DNA of 64,000 bases from an uncultured Collinsella sp. (GCA_902461085.1 CABPWH010000001.1:10520-74519), one strand, 5' to 3'. Positions 48,346-59,649 are shown, counted from the first letter of the stretch. Translations and numbers: made by a program. The notes: generated by a model from the sequence alone, not told the origin.

Positions 48346-49866
48346 GTGAGAGAGGAGAGCCCCCGACAAGGTATGAGGAGGCCCGACTCGGACCGTGCTT
48401 CCTCACGGCGCATCACACCGCGTTCCAGCCGCGGCGGGCAGTCGTTTAGCGAACGCTATATTGCCGGCGTTCCCGCCCGTATCATGCGCCCCCGTTTGAT
48501 ATTCATGGCCTGCTTGTTTACCTTGGTATGCTTTGGCCTGCTGATGGTGTACTCGGCGTCTTCGGTCGAGGCGCTGCACGAGAATGGCTCGGCGACGTTT
48601 TTTCTGGGCCGACAGGCCGCGTTTGCAGTGGTCGGTGTTCTGGCGCTGATTGCCATCGTGCGCGTTTTGCCGGACAGCTGGTTTGGGGAGGATGTGCTCA
48701 GGATCTTCCTCATAGGCATGATAGGGCTACTGCTTCTGGTGTTCTTGGTGGGCAGCGGCAGCCGCGGCGCCACGCGCTGGCTCAACATCGCCGGTATTCA
48801 GTTCCAGCCTTCCGAGTTTTTAAAGCCATTTGCCATTGCGTATTCGGCCATCATGCTTGATCGCTTCTTTTCGCCCGGTGGCAACATCAACGAATTCCTT
48901 CGCAAGATGGGCATCTACCTGGGCATTTCGCTCTTTCTGATCTTTATCCAGCCCGATTTCGGTACTGTCCTGATCATCCTGTTGACCCTCATGTGCATGG
49001 CGTTGTTTGCGGGTCTCGACCCCAGATTTATCATCGGCGTGCTAATCTTCGGCATTCTCGTGATCGTGATTGCGCTTGTCGCAGAGCCGTACCGTATGGT
49101 GCGTATTCAGGTTGCCTTGAACCCTTGGGCCGACGAGTATGGTGACGGCTATCAGGCCACGCTTGCCATCATGGCCTTTGCCTCGGGCGGTCTGTTCGGC
49201 CGTGGCATCGGCAACTCAACCATGAAGTACTCGTATCTGCCCGAGGCACACAACGACTACATCTTGGCCATCATTGGCGAGGAAGTCGGTTTTGTCGGAA
49301 CCGTGCTGTTCTTCTTGGTGTTTGCGATGCTGATCTACTCGGCGTTTCGCATTGCCGAGCAGGCGACCGATCGTCGGGGCGCGCTCATGGCGTCTGGCTC
49401 CGCGGTCATTCTCGCGGTGCAGTTTTTGATTAACGCGCTGGGCATCCTCAACGTATTTCCCATGACGGGCAAACCGTTGCCGTTTATTAGCTACGGCGGT
49501 TCGTCGATTATTGTGTCGCTTATGCTTGCCGGGTTGATCCTGCGCGTTTCATACGAGAGCGCCTGCCGCGATGAGTATGACCGCCGCCGTGAGAGCTTTG
49601 CCGTTATGGATGAGAGCACCGCCGGCGTGCCCCACGTGCGCGGTGAACGACCTTCGCGTAGCGGCTTTACCGTTCTGGATGGTTCTGCATCCGAGCCGGC
49701 AGCTCGTCCGCGCCCGCGAACGGCTCCGCAAGGTCGTCCGCAGCGCCCCAGCCCTCGCAACGCGGGCGGCGGATATAATCGAATCGATTTGAACTCGGAC
49801 CCGTCGGCGCGTCTGCGCACCGACGACCAGGGACCGCGTGTACGAAGGGACTACCATGACCGATAA
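48346..49866 (+). CDS. ftsW: FtsW (SEDS) with a roughly 110-aa R/P-rich cytoplasmic C-terminal tail
   Basis: SEDS core. The start may be at a later Met (MRPRLIF, 48484). Overlaps the murG start. Confidence 0.85.
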   Translation: MREESPRQGMRRPDSDRASSRRITPRSSRGGQSFSERYIAGVPARIMRPRLIFMACLFTLVCFGLLMVYSASSVEALHENGSATFFLGRQAAFAVVGVLALIAIVRVLPDSWFGEDVLRIFLIGMIGLLLLVFLVGSGSRGATRWLNIAGIQFQPSEFLKPFAIAYSAIMLDRFFSPGGNINEFLRKMGIYLGISLFLIFIQPDFGTVLIILLTLMCMALFAGLDPRFIIGVLIFGILVIVIALVAEPYRMVRIQVALNPWADEYGDGYQATLAIMAFASGGLFGRGIGNSTMKYSYLPEAHNDYILAIIGEEVGFVGTVLFFLVFAMLIYSAFRIAEQATDRRGALMASGSAVILAVQFLINALGILNVFPMTGKPLPFISYGGSSIIVSLMLAGLILRVSYESACRDEYDRRRESFAVMDESTAGVPHVRGERPSRSGFTVLDGSASEPAARPRPRTAPQGRPQRPSPRNAGGGYNRIDLNSDPSARLRTDDQGPRVRRDYHDR

Positions 49867-50971
49867 AATGACCGTTGCTATTGCAGCCGGCGGCACGGCA
49901 GGACACATCAACCCCGCGCTCGCCTTGGCCGAAGAGCTGCGTGACCGTGGCCACCACGTTGTGTTCGTGGGCCAGTCGCGCAAGCTCGAGGGTCGTCTGG
50001 TCCCCGAGGCTGGGTTTGATTTTGTGCCCATTACGGTCACGGGCTTCGACCGCTCCCGTCCTTGGACGGCGCTCACCTCGCTGTGGCGTGTCAACAAGGC
50101 CAAGCGTGCGCTCGCCAGTCATTTCTCAAAGGTCGGCAAGCCCGATGCCGCCATTGGTTTTGGTGCCTATGTCGAGGTTCCGCTGCTGGGGTGGTGCAAG
50201 GGCGCGGGCGTTCCGTATCTGCTGCATGAGCAGAACTCTGTTCCGGGCCTGGCCAACAAGATGATGAACTCCCACGCCGCCCGCGTGTGCATCTCGGTGC
50301 CGGCAGCGCGTTCGGTCTTTGAGCGCGAAGGTGACCCTGACCACGTGCTCATGACCGGCAACCCCGTACGTCGCTCGGTGATCGAGGGCGATCGCGCTCG
50401 CGGCCGCAAGGCACTTGGCGTTCCCGAGGACGCTACGCTGCTGCTCGTCTTTGGCGGTTCACTTGGCGCCCAGCACCTCAACGAGCGCGTGGTTTCGCTC
50501 AAAAACGAGCTGCTTTCGCGCAAGAACCTCTATGTGTTGCATTCGACTGGTGCCGACGGCTTTGAGGAGACCGAGCGCGCTTTGGCGCTGACGCCCGAGG
50601 AGGCGAAGCGTTACCGCGTCCAGCCTTACATCGACAACATGGGCGATATGCTGGCTGCTGCCGATTTGGTGCTCTCGCGTTCGGGCGCATCGAGCGTGGC
50701 CGAGATCGCTGCACTCGCCGTGCCTTCGGTGCTCGTGCCGTACCCGCATGCGACGGCCGACCACCAAACCACCAATGCCCGTTATCTGGTCGACGCCGGG
50801 GCCGGCGTGCTCTGCGCCGATGCCGATATCGACGGTTCTGCCTTTGCCGATGAGCTGCTGCACCTGGTCGATGACGCGGCGGCACGCGACGCCATGCGTC
50901 AGGCGGCGCGTGGTCTGGCTCAGGATAGGGCCGCCGCTCTTCTGGCGGATGCGGTAGAGGGTTTGCGTTAG
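49856..50971 (+). CDS. murG: UDP-GlcNAc:lipid I GlcNAc transferase
   Basis: AGGTAGHINPALA N-terminus, RBS gaaggga. Confidence 0.9.
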   Translation: MTDKMTVAIAAGGTAGHINPALALAEELRDRGHHVVFVGQSRKLEGRLVPEAGFDFVPITVTGFDRSRPWTALTSLWRVNKAKRALASHFSKVGKPDAAIGFGAYVEVPLLGWCKGAGVPYLLHEQNSVPGLANKMMNSHAARVCISVPAARSVFEREGDPDHVLMTGNPVRRSVIEGDRARGRKALGVPEDATLLLVFGGSLGAQHLNERVVSLKNELLSRKNLYVLHSTGADGFEETERALALTPEEAKRYRVQPYIDNMGDMLAAADLVLSRSGASSVAEIAALAVPSVLVPYPHATADHQTTNARYLVDAGAGVLCADADIDGSAFADELLHLVDDAAARDAMRQAARGLAQDRAAALLADAVEGLR

Positions 50972-51068
50972 TTAGACGGGATATCGTCGGTCGCCCTCGC
51001 GCTGATGCGGTAGGTGCGGTACAGTTAACGGGTTACAGGCAGTGTTTACGCAAGGAGTACACGAGCAC

Positions 51069-52487
51069 ATGGCTGATTCCCAGACTGCAACCTCCGCGCC
51101 CGAGTTTAAGAGCGCCCACTTTATCGGTATCGGCGGCGCCGGCATGAGTGGCATCGCCCTCGTTCTTCACGAGCGCGGTTATGCCGTTACCGGCTCCGAC
51201 CTTAAGACGTCACGTTATATTCGCCAGCTTACCCGCGCTGGTGTGAAGGTGCATGTGGGCCATGAGGCCGCCACGATCGACGAGGTCAAGCCCGACGTGG
51301 TTGTTGTCTCCACCGCTATTCCGGAGTCCAACCCTGAACTCGTGCGCGCTCGCGAGCTTGGTATTCCCGTGTGGCCCCGTGCCAAGATGCTCTCTGCTTT
51401 GGGCCACGGCTACACCACCGTCGCTGTTGCCGGCACGCATGGCAAGACCACCACGTCTTCGATGTGCGCCACCATGCTCGACCGCATGGGCCTGGATCCG
51501 AGCTTCTTGATCGGCGGCATCGTCGAGGGCTATGACACGAACGGCAAGAACGGCTCGGGCGACTACTTTGTCGCCGAGGCCGACGAGTCCGACAGCTCCT
51601 TCCTGTTCCTGAACCCCAACGTGGTCATTGTGACCAACGTCGAGGCCGACCACCTCGATCACTACTCGGGTATCGAGGAGATCGAGGCAACTTTCGCCAA
51701 ATTCATGAGCCTGGTGGGCGAGGACGGCACCGTCATCGTCTGCGGTGAGGACCCGCATCTGGTCGAGCTCGCCAAGTCGACGGGCCGTCACGTGCTTTCC
51801 TACGGCTTTGCCGAGAGCAACGACATCGTCTGCATGCACCCGGATGTCAAGGGCATCCAGAGTGACTTTATCGTTCGCTTTGAGGATGGCACTGAGCATG
51901 CCGTGGAGATCAAGAGCAATCCCGGTCGCCACAACATGCTCAACGCCACGGCGGTGCTCACCGTCGCCCATGTCCTGGGCCTTGACATCGACGCCGCCGC
52001 CAAGGCGCTCTCGAGCTTTGAGGGCGTCCGCCGTCGCTTTACCCACGTGGGCGATATCGATGGCATCACCGTGGTCGATGATTACGGCCATCATCCCACC
52101 GAGATCAAGGCGACGCTCGCTGCTGCCTCTTCGCTGGGCTACAAACATGTCGACGTCGTGTTCCAACCGCACCGCTATTCGCGTCTGCAGGCCCTGTGCG
52201 ACGACTTTGCCGATGCATTTGCCAATGCCGATAAACTGCTGCTGATTGATGTGTTCTCGGCTGGCGAGATGCCCATTCCGGGTGTTACCTCTAAGATGCT
52301 CGCCGATACCGTGCGCGCCAAGCATCCTGGCAAGGAGGTCGTGTACTGCTCCAGCCGTCTTGAGCTCAATCAGGAGCTCGAGCAGATGGTGGGCGAGGGC
52401 GACTTGCTGCTCACTATGGGTGCCGGTGACGTTACGACCGTCGGCCCCGAGTTTATCGAGTATTTGACTGCCAAGAAAGACGCTTAA
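51069..52487 (+). CDS. murC: UDP-MurNAc--L-Ala ligase
   Basis: HFIGIGGAGMSG and GTHGKTTT motifs. The start at MADSQ is preferred because of the RBS aaggag. Confidence 0.9.
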   Translation: MADSQTATSAPEFKSAHFIGIGGAGMSGIALVLHERGYAVTGSDLKTSRYIRQLTRAGVKVHVGHEAATIDEVKPDVVVVSTAIPESNPELVRARELGIPVWPRAKMLSALGHGYTTVAVAGTHGKTTTSSMCATMLDRMGLDPSFLIGGIVEGYDTNGKNGSGDYFVAEADESDSSFLFLNPNVVIVTNVEADHLDHYSGIEEIEATFAKFMSLVGEDGTVIVCGEDPHLVELAKSTGRHVLSYGFAESNDIVCMHPDVKGIQSDFIVRFEDGTEHAVEIKSNPGRHNMLNATAVLTVAHVLGLDIDAAAKALSSFEGVRRRFTHVGDIDGITVVDDYGHHPTEIKATLAAASSLGYKHVDVVFQPHRYSRLQALCDDFADAFANADKLLLIDVFSAGEMPIPGVTSKMLADTVRAKHPGKEVVYCSSRLELNQELEQMVGEGDLLLTMGAGDVTTVGPEFIEYLTAKKDA

Positions 52488-52492
52488 GTCTA

Positions 52493-53404
52493 ATGGGTCT
52501 GTTTAACGCCGTCATGGCGCTCTCGGGCATGATCGACACGGATGTGATCGAGGACGAGCGCCTTGCGCGTCATACGAGCTATCGTATCGGCGGCAAGGCT
52601 GACCTCTTTGTGACGTGCCATAGCTATCATGCCCTCCGCCGCGCCGTGGCGGTGCTCGATCGCGAGCAGGTGCCGTGGGTCATCATCGGCAAGGGCTCCA
52701 ATCTGCTGGTTGCCGATGGCGGTTATCGCGGTGCCGTCATTTCGCTCGGACGTGAGTTTCAGCGCACGGTTGTTGCCGATGACGGTTGTACGCTGACGGT
52801 CGGTGCGGGCGTGATGTTTGCGCGCCTGGTCAACGATGCCCTGTCGCGTAGCCTCTCGGGCCTTGAGTTTGCCGTTGGCATCCCTGGTTCGGTCGGCGGT
52901 GCGATATCTATGAATGCCGGCACACGGACCGAGTGGATTGGCTCGCTGGTTGAGGATGTCGTAACGTTTGACCCGGCATCCGGTATCAAGCATTATGCGG
53001 GGTCCGAGATCACTTGGGGCTACCGCGAATGTAGCCTTCCCCGCAATGAGATCATCCTCGAGTGCGTGCTCAAGCTTAAACCGGCGCCCAAGGCCGACAT
53101 TCGCGAGCGCATGGAACGGTACCTGACGAGGCGCAAGCGTACACAGCCCATGGGTCGCGCATCCTGCGGGTCGGTCTTTCGCAACCCGCCCGATGCGAGC
53201 GTGGGCAAGCTTATCGAGGATTGTGGATTAAAGGGTTTTTCGATTGGCGGCGCGGAAGTTTCGCCCGTTCACGCTAATTTTATCGTTAATAACGGAACTG
53301 CCTCGGCCGATGACGTTGCCGCGGTTATCAGACATGTGCACGGAAAGGTGAGGGAGGCGTATGGCATCGAGCTCAGACCGGAAGTTAAATTCCTCGGCTT
53401 CTAG
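52493..53404 (+). CDS. murB: UDP-N-acetylenolpyruvoylglucosamine reductase
   Basis: FAD-binding domain and the conserved C-terminal SCGSVFRNP block. Confidence 0.9.
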   Translation: MGLFNAVMALSGMIDTDVIEDERLARHTSYRIGGKADLFVTCHSYHALRRAVAVLDREQVPWVIIGKGSNLLVADGGYRGAVISLGREFQRTVVADDGCTLTVGAGVMFARLVNDALSRSLSGLEFAVGIPGSVGGAISMNAGTRTEWIGSLVEDVVTFDPASGIKHYAGSEITWGYRECSLPRNEIILECVLKLKPAPKADIRERMERYLTRRKRTQPMGRASCGSVFRNPPDASVGKLIEDCGLKGFSIGGAEVSPVHANFIVNNGTASADDVAAVIRHVHGKVREAYGIELRPEVKFLGF

Positions 53405-54617
53405 AGCATCGAAACCCACCTTCCGCCGCGCCGGAGGGCGTTCCGGCGCGCCTGCCAAACCTCAACGCAATACCGTCGCGCACTCTAAGTCTGTCGGGCA
53501 TGCTCGACAGACCAGTCGTCCGGTTGTCGGCTCGCAGCTCGGTAATCTTCCGGCCGCAAAAAAGTCCTCGCGTCCCTCGGTGACGTCAAAGCCTGTTATG
53601 GGCGCCAAGCCTGGCCGTCCCATGGCAACTCCTAAGCCCTCGACGGGAACTAAGGCGGCGCGTCCGGGTCGCACGCTTGGCGCATCGAAACCGCGCTCGC
53701 TGACATCGGTGCCGGCTACCGCCAAGAAGCCTTCGGGTAAAAAAGGCGTCAACCCGTTGTCTTCACTTGGGGCGATGGCAAATAAAACGTCAGACGCCGC
53801 TTCTCTCGTTACAGGCAAAGGCAAAATCGTGGGCGGCGTTCTGGCCGTCTTGGCCGTGCTCGTCGTCGTTGCCGTCGTGGTGATCAACTCTGGATTGTTT
53901 ACCGCCACTGATATTCAGATTCAAGGCAGCGAGCATGTGACGAAGCACGATGCTATCCAGCTGATCGATTTGCCCGAGGGAACGTCGCTTTTCAACGTCG
54001 ATCCCGACCAGATTACCGAGGACCTCAAGCAGAACCCGTGGGTCTCGGGCGTGAATGTCCAGCGTCAGTTCCCGCATACGCTCATCATTACGCCGATGGA
54101 GCGCAAGGTCATCGCAATTGCCTATATCAGCTCCGATGACCTTGCCTGGGCCATCGGGGATGATGACACCTGGATCGCCCCGCTGTCGACGTCGGTCGAA
54201 GTGGATGACCAGGGCAACGTCATCACGACGGGGCAGGGCTCAAATACCCTGACCGGCATTGATGCCGCACTGGCGCTCGCTAAGCACTATGGCGCGGTGT
54301 TGTTGACTGATGTCTCGGCGGATGTCGCTCCGGTTTCCGGCCAGGCGGTGAGCTCCAAGGCCGTTAAGGCTGGCTTGGATTATGTGCGTGGTTTTTCGAG
54401 CGAGTTCTTGGGACAAGTCAAGGATATTTCCACGCCTTCGGTCGAATCCATCTCGGCAAACCTCAATAACGGCATTGAGGTGTCGCTGGGCGATTCGGAT
54501 GATATCGCCAAGAAAGAACGCATCGTGACCAAGCTACTTTCGCAGGTAGAGGGCGTAACCTATATCAATGTGCGCTCTCCGGGCAACTACACGTTTAGGA
54601 ACGCACCGACCGCCTAG
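53361..54617 (+). CDS. ftsQ: FtsQ/DivIB (POTRA domain) with a basic, P-rich N-terminal tail
   Basis: TM helix followed by a POTRA domain. Overlaps murB by 44 nt, so the exact start is uncertain. Confidence 0.7.
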   Translation: MASSSDRKLNSSASRASKPTFRRAGGRSGAPAKPQRNTVAHSKSVGHARQTSRPVVGSQLGNLPAAKKSSRPSVTSKPVMGAKPGRPMATPKPSTGTKAARPGRTLGASKPRSLTSVPATAKKPSGKKGVNPLSSLGAMANKTSDAASLVTGKGKIVGGVLAVLAVLVVVAVVVINSGLFTATDIQIQGSEHVTKHDAIQLIDLPEGTSLFNVDPDQITEDLKQNPWVSGVNVQRQFPHTLIITPMERKVIAIAYISSDDLAWAIGDDDTWIAPLSTSVEVDDQGNVITTGQGSNTLTGIDAALALAKHYGAVLLTDVSADVAPVSGQAVSSKAVKAGLDYVRGFSSEFLGQVKDISTPSVESISANLNNGIEVSLGDSDDIAKKERIVTKLLSQVEGVTYINVRSPGNYTFRNAPTA

Positions 54618-54816
54618 CATCCTAAATGGCTTTGTTGAGGGGCCATACCACGCCGTTTATCTGGTTTGTTTGGTTTTCACGGTCAATTATTTGACTGCAA
54701 CGTTCATAATGTGCAAACATAATACGGTTTACCTTTGCATTTACTTTCAACCTGAAGGTTAATGTGCGCAGGGGTCAACCCATGCTATGGCTATAACCTT
54801 TGTTCGGAGGACCGAC

Positions 54817-55971
54817 ATGCACGAGACAGAGATCAACAACTACCTTGCCGTCATTAAGGTGGTCGGCGTCGGCGGCGGCGGTACCAACGCGGTCAATCGA
54901 ATGATCGAAGAGGGCATCCGCGGCGTCGAGTTTGTTGCCATCAACACCGATGCTCAGGCGCTCGCGATCTCTGATGCCGATATCAAGGTGCACATCGGCA
55001 CCGACCTTACCCGCGGCCTGGGCGCCGGCGCCAACCCCGAGGTTGGCCGCAAGGCTGCCGATGAGTCCCGCGACGATATCGCCGAGGCGCTCGCTGGCGC
55101 CGACATGGTGTTCATCACCTGCGGCGAGGGCGGTGGTACCGGTACCGGCGCCGCTCCCATCGTTGCTGATATCGCGATGAACGAGGTCGGCGCGCTGACC
55201 GTCGCCGTCGTGACCAAGCCCTTCACCTTCGAGGGTCGCAAGCGCAAGAAGAGCGCCGAGGAGGGCATCAAGACCCTCTCCGATTGCGTCGACACCATGA
55301 TCGTTATCCCTAACGACAAGCTGCTCGACATCGCCGAGAAGAAGACCACTATGCTCGAGGCTTTCGCGATTGCCGATGGCGTCCTTTCCCAGGGCACCCA
55401 GGGCATCACCGACCTCATCACCGTCCCGGGTATCATCAACCTGGACTTCGCCGATGTTAAGACCATCATGAAGCAGGCCGGTACCGCCATGATGGGTATC
55501 GGTACCGCTTCTGGGGACACTCGTGCCGTCGACGCTGCCCAGCAGGCTATCTCCAGTCCGCTGCTCGAGAGCTCCATCGATGGCGCCACGCGCGTCCTGC
55601 TTTCCATCGCCGGCTCCAAGGACCTCGGCATCCAGGAGATCAGCGACGCCGCCGACGTTGTTGCCAACGCCGTCGACCCCGAGGCCAACATCATCTTTGG
55701 TACCGTTGTCGACGAGTCCCTGGGCGACCAGGTTCGCATCACCGTTATCGCCACGGGCTTCTCCGACTCCAACGTCAACCGTCAGGACGAGCTCTTCGCT
55801 GCCCAGCAGTCGCAGAGCAAGGCCGCTGCTTCTGCCGAGCCGCAGCGCACCGCTCCGGCTGCCAGCCCTGCTCAGGCTGCCCCGACTCGCAACGTTGGCG
55901 GTACCGAGCTTCCCAACTTTGGTAACGACCAGTTCGAGCTTCCCGATTTCCTTAAGCGCGGTAGCTTCTAA
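54817..55971 (+). CDS. ftsZ: Cell division GTPase FtsZ
   Basis: [22 protein letters not shown] and GGGTGTG motifs. RBS ggagga before MHETEIN. Confidence 0.95.
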   Translation: MHETEINNYLAVIKVVGVGGGGTNAVNRMIEEGIRGVEFVAINTDAQALAISDADIKVHIGTDLTRGLGAGANPEVGRKAADESRDDIAEALAGADMVFITCGEGGGTGTGAAPIVADIAMNEVGALTVAVVTKPFTFEGRKRKKSAEEGIKTLSDCVDTMIVIPNDKLLDIAEKKTTMLEAFAIADGVLSQGTQGITDLITVPGIINLDFADVKTIMKQAGTAMMGIGTASGDTRAVDAAQQAISSPLLESSIDGATRVLLSIAGSKDLGIQEISDAADVVANAVDPEANIIFGTVVDESLGDQVRITVIATGFSDSNVNRQDELFAAQQSQSKAAASAEPQRTAPAASPAQAAPTRNVGGTELPNFGNDQFELPDFLKRGSF

Positions 55972-55996
55972 GTCGTTCTTCACATTGTTTTGCACA

Positions 55997-56030
55997 GGGG
56001 CGCGTCCGTATGGATGCGCCCTTTTTGTTT
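55997..56030 (+). terminator. Intrinsic terminator after ftsZ
   Basis: gggcgcgtcc-gtatg-gatgcgccc followed by tttttgttt. Confidence 0.7.
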
Positions 56031-56181
56031 CTCGTTTGTAAACGAAAGCCTCCAATCTCCTTACGTTCCCTTTACGTTTGGTCCCTACCGCTGCGGGTAT
56101 CCTTTTAAAGAAGTATGGCAGCCGTATGACACGGACTGCTGCGGCTTCGCCGCGATACTTGTGTTATTAGGAGGCTTTAGT

Positions 56182-56982
56182 ATGGCAGCACGTGCGGACA
56201 ACGTTTCGCGTGTCGACCATGATGGAGTTACGTTGGTAGAGGGCGCGACGCACGATGTCCGCTTTGCCTTTACCGAGCGCACTGGTGGCGTTTCCGAAGA
56301 TGCGTACTCCTCGCTCAATCTGGGCTCGCATGTTGGCGATGACCCCTTTACCGTTCAAGAAAATCGTCGCCGCGTACTCGAGGCCATGGGTGCCGCCGAG
56401 TGCGAGCACAACTTGCTTGTCCCCAATCAAGTACATGGTGACCACGTCGTGACGGTGACCTCGAACGGTGCCGATGATCTCGAGAACATTCGTGAGCAGA
56501 TTGCCGAGGGCTGTGATGCCCTCGTCTGTACGGCCCATGAGGTGCCCGTGATGCTCTGCTTTGCCGATTGTGTTCCCGTGGTGCTGGTGGCTCCCGGCGG
56601 CTTTGCCGTGGTACATTCTGGCTGGAAGGGCACGATTGCGCGTATTTCCGCCAAAGCCTGCCAGGCGCTTTGTGAGGCGGCTGACTGCACGCCGGAGGAC
56701 ATCTCTGCCTATATTGGGCCCCATATCCTGGGCGACGAGTATGAGGTGTCCCAAGAACTTATGGATCGCTTTGCCGCCGAGTTCGCGTGCATCGATGCTA
56801 CCGCTTCCCGTATGCTCGATCTTTCCGCCGCCATTCGCGAGGCGCTGGTGGATGCCGGTGTCGATGTGAATGGCATTGTGGACACCAAACTTTCCACCGT
56901 GCGTCAAAACGACCGCTTTTATTCCTATCGCAACGAGGGCGGGACCTGTGGGCGCCATGCTGCGATCGGCGTGATGCTATGA
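56182..56982 (+). CDS. pgeF: PgeF/YfiH family purine nucleoside phosphorylase (DUF152)
   Basis: RBS aggagg, conserved His/Cys residues (HSGWKG). The longer listed ORF starts inside the terminator and is rejected. Confidence 0.8.
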   Translation: MAARADNVSRVDHDGVTLVEGATHDVRFAFTERTGGVSEDAYSSLNLGSHVGDDPFTVQENRRRVLEAMGAAECEHNLLVPNQVHGDHVVTVTSNGADDLENIREQIAEGCDALVCTAHEVPVMLCFADCVPVVLVAPGGFAVVHSGWKGTIARISAKACQALCEAADCTPEDISAYIGPHILGDEYEVSQELMDRFAAEFACIDATASRMLDLSAAIREALVDAGVDVNGIVDTKLSTVRQNDRFYSYRNEGGTCGRHAAIGVML

Positions 56983-57815
56983 GAAAGATCGCATCGGTCC
57001 TGAGTGCAGCAGTGCTCGCGCTCACGCTGTGCGCCTGCTCCTCGGGATCTTCTACGTCTTCTATTACCGTGGCCGGCTCGACCACCTGCCTTCCCATTGC
57101 CGAGATTGCGGCCGAGGGCTTTAAGGAAGAGACCGGCATCGACGTGCTCGTCTCCGGCCTTGGCTCATCTGCTGGCATCGAAGCTGTTAGCGCCGGCACC
57201 GCCGACATCGCCAGCTCGTCTCGTGGCCTCAATGCCGACGAGCAGGATTTGGGCCTGACGCCTATCGTTATCGCACACGACGGCATTGCAGTCATCGTGA
57301 ACGACGACAACCCGGTCGACAATCTCTCGACCGAGCAGCTCCGCGATATTTACGCCGGCAAGATCACCAACTGGAAAGAAGTCGGCGGAGAGGACCTGAT
57401 GATTCAGGTTATCAACCGCGACGAGGCGTCCGGTACGCGCGAGGCCTTCCGCACTATCGTGATGGACGGCGCGCCGTTCGATCGCCGCTCGGCTGTTCTT
57501 TCGGGTACGGGCCAGGTACGCGATGTCGTATCCCGCTCACGTGGCGCTATTGGCTACATCTCGCTGGGTTTTGTCGAGAGCCTCAACGCCAAGACCTCGG
57601 TCAAGGCCGTTTCGGTCAACCATGTCGAGGCATCCGAGAAGACGGTCGCAAGTGGCGGCTATCCCATCTCGCGTGACCTTTACTTCTTTGTGAAGGGTAC
57701 GCCTTCGCAGCAGGCGCAGGACTACATTGACTATGTGACATCCGAGAAGATGGACAAGCAGATTCGCGAGGCGGGCTTTATTCCCGTCACCAACGACGGA
57801 AAGGGGAGTGAGTAG
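56979..57815 (+). CDS. pstS: Phosphate ABC transporter substrate-binding lipoprotein
   Basis: Signal peptide with lipobox-like LTLCACSS; PBP-like fold. 4-nt overlap with pgeF. Confidence 0.85.
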   Translation: MRKIASVLSAAVLALTLCACSSGSSTSSITVAGSTTCLPIAEIAAEGFKEETGIDVLVSGLGSSAGIEAVSAGTADIASSSRGLNADEQDLGLTPIVIAHDGIAVIVNDDNPVDNLSTEQLRDIYAGKITNWKEVGGEDLMIQVINRDEASGTREAFRTIVMDGAPFDRRSAVLSGTGQVRDVVSRSRGAIGYISLGFVESLNAKTSVKAVSVNHVEASEKTVASGGYPISRDLYFFVKGTPSQQAQDYIDYVTSEKMDKQIREAGFIPVTNDGKGSE

Positions 57816-58740
57816 CGTGGAAGCACAGGAAACCCCCCAGATTGAGCATGAGGCGCAGGTGCCCAAAAAGCGTGAGTTGGCGTTGGTGTCACGCAGCACC
57901 TATCTTAAGGAGAAGGCGCTGCAGTGGATCTTCTTTGCCTGCGCGTTCTTGGCGGTCGTCACCGTCATCCTGATCTTTGTCTTTACCACGTACTCGGCGC
58001 TGCCGGTCTTTACCGACATCGGTCTGGTGGACTTCTTTAGCTTTACGTGGGCGCCCTCTGAGGGTCACTACGGCATCATGTCGCTGCTGGCGGGCTCTGG
58101 CCTGGTGACGGTCGGTGCCCTTGCCATGGGCGTGCCGTTGGGTGTGGGCACAGCCGTGTATCTGGTCGAGATCGCCAGCAAGCGCGTGCGCAGGCTCATT
58201 AGCCCCGCTGTCGACCTGCTGGCGGGCATCCCCTCCATCATCTACGGCTTCTTCGGCATGATCATCATCCGCCCGTTTATCGCCCAGCTGACCGGCGGCC
58301 TTGGATTTGGCGCACTGACGGCGTGGTTCGTGCTCGCCATCATGATCGTCCCTACCATCACCACGCTCACCATCGATGCCCTCAATTCCATTCCCATGGG
58401 CATTCGCGAGGCGTCCTATGCCATGGGTGCCACCAAGTGGCAGACCATCTACAAGGTCGTGCTTCCTGCAGCCAAGCTGGGCATTGTCGATGCGATTGTC
58501 TTGGGTATGGGGCGTGCCATCGGTGAGACCATGGCCGTGCTGATGGTCGTGGGAAACGCCCCGGTCATTCCGGATAGCATCTCGAGCCCCATCTCGACGC
58601 TCACGAGTCAGATTGCGCTCGACATGAGTTATTCCTCGGGCCTGCACCGCTCGGCTCTGTTCGGCATGGGCGTTGTCCTGTTTATCATCTCCGCTGCACT
58701 GGTGGGTATCGTCCGCCTGATTTCCAAGAAGAGGGGGTAG
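57808..58740 (+). CDS. pstC: Phosphate ABC transporter permease PstC
   Basis: 6-TM permease with an EAA-like loop. Confidence 0.85.
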   Translation: MSSVEAQETPQIEHEAQVPKKRELALVSRSTYLKEKALQWIFFACAFLAVVTVILIFVFTTYSALPVFTDIGLVDFFSFTWAPSEGHYGIMSLLAGSGLVTVGALAMGVPLGVGTAVYLVEIASKRVRRLISPAVDLLAGIPSIIYGFFGMIIIRPFIAQLTGGLGFGALTAWFVLAIMIVPTITTLTIDALNSIPMGIREASYAMGATKWQTIYKVVLPAAKLGIVDAIVLGMGRAIGETMAVLMVVGNAPVIPDSISSPISTLTSQIALDMSYSSGLHRSALFGMGVVLFIISAALVGIVRLISKKRG

Positions 58741-58743
58741 GCT

Positions 58744-59649
58744 ATGTCCGATTCCGTTGACACGACGGTCGATGCGACCTCGTCGCGTGAGCGCATCAAG
58801 CGTGCCCTTTCCCATGGCAAGAATGGCCGCATCAACAAGGACCTGTCCAACAAGATCATGCTTGGCGTGTTTCGTGCCGCTGCCTACATCACCACGCTGG
58901 TGCTGGTCGCTATCATCGCCTACGTGGTCATCAACGGCCTGCCGCATATCTCGCTCGACTTTATCTTCGGTTGGCCCCAGGGCGTCAACGCCGAGGGCGG
59001 AATTTGGCCTACGATCGTCTCGACCGTCTACGTGACGGCGCTCGCCATGCTTATCTGCACGCCGATCGCTGTGCTGGCAGCCGTCTATCTGGCCGAGTAC
59101 GCCAAGCAGGGCAAGATCGTCGAGCTCATTCGCTATGCTGCTGACGCTTTGGCCTCGGTGCCCTCCATCGTTATGGGCCTGTTTGGCTACGCCTTGTTTG
59201 TCGAGGCCATGGGCCTGGGCCTTTCGATGGTCTCTGCCGCTCTGGCGCTCGCGCTCTTGATGCTTCCCATCGTCATGCGCACCACCGAGGAGGCTATTCG
59301 CGCCGTTCCGCGCTATATCCGTTGGGGCGCGTACGGCCTGGGCGCCACCAAGTGGCAGGTCGTTTCCAAGATCGTGCTCCCTTCTGCCTTTGGCCGCATC
59401 GCCACCGGTATCGTCCTTGCCATCGGCCGTGCCATCGGCGAGACTGCGGTGGTGCTTTACACCATGGGTCAGGCCATCAACCTGCCTATCTCGCCGCTTG
59501 ATTCCGGTCGCCCCATGACGGTTCATCTGTACCTGCTTGCCAACGACGGCATCAACATGAACGCAGCCTACGGCACCGCGCTCTTGCTGATGGTGATCAT
59601 TCTGGCCTTCAACCTGTTTGCGCGCTTCCTGTCGCGCAAGCGTCGCTAG
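58744..59649 (+). CDS. pstA: Phosphate ABC transporter permease PstA
   Basis: 6-TM permease, paralog of PstC. Confidence 0.85.
   Translation: MSDSVDTTVDATSSRERIKRALSHGKNGRINKDLSNKIMLGVFRAAAYITTLVLVAIIAYVVINGLPHISLDFIFGWPQGVNAEGGIWPTIVSTVYVTALAMLICTPIAVLAAVYLAEYAKQGKIVELIRYAADALASVPSIVMGLFGYALFVEAMGLGLSMVSAALALALLMLPIVMRTTEEAIRAVPRYIRWGAYGLGATKWQVVSKIVLPSAFGRIATGIVLAIGRAIGETAVVLYTMGQAINLPISPLDSGRPMTVHLYLLANDGINMNAAYGTALLLMVIILAFNLFARFLSRKRR

Noticed and set aside
55990-56982. 330-aa pgeF ORF starting at 55990
   Set aside because: The start lies within the ftsZ terminator. An internal ATG at 56182 has a strong aggagg RBS and gives a normal-length PgeF.
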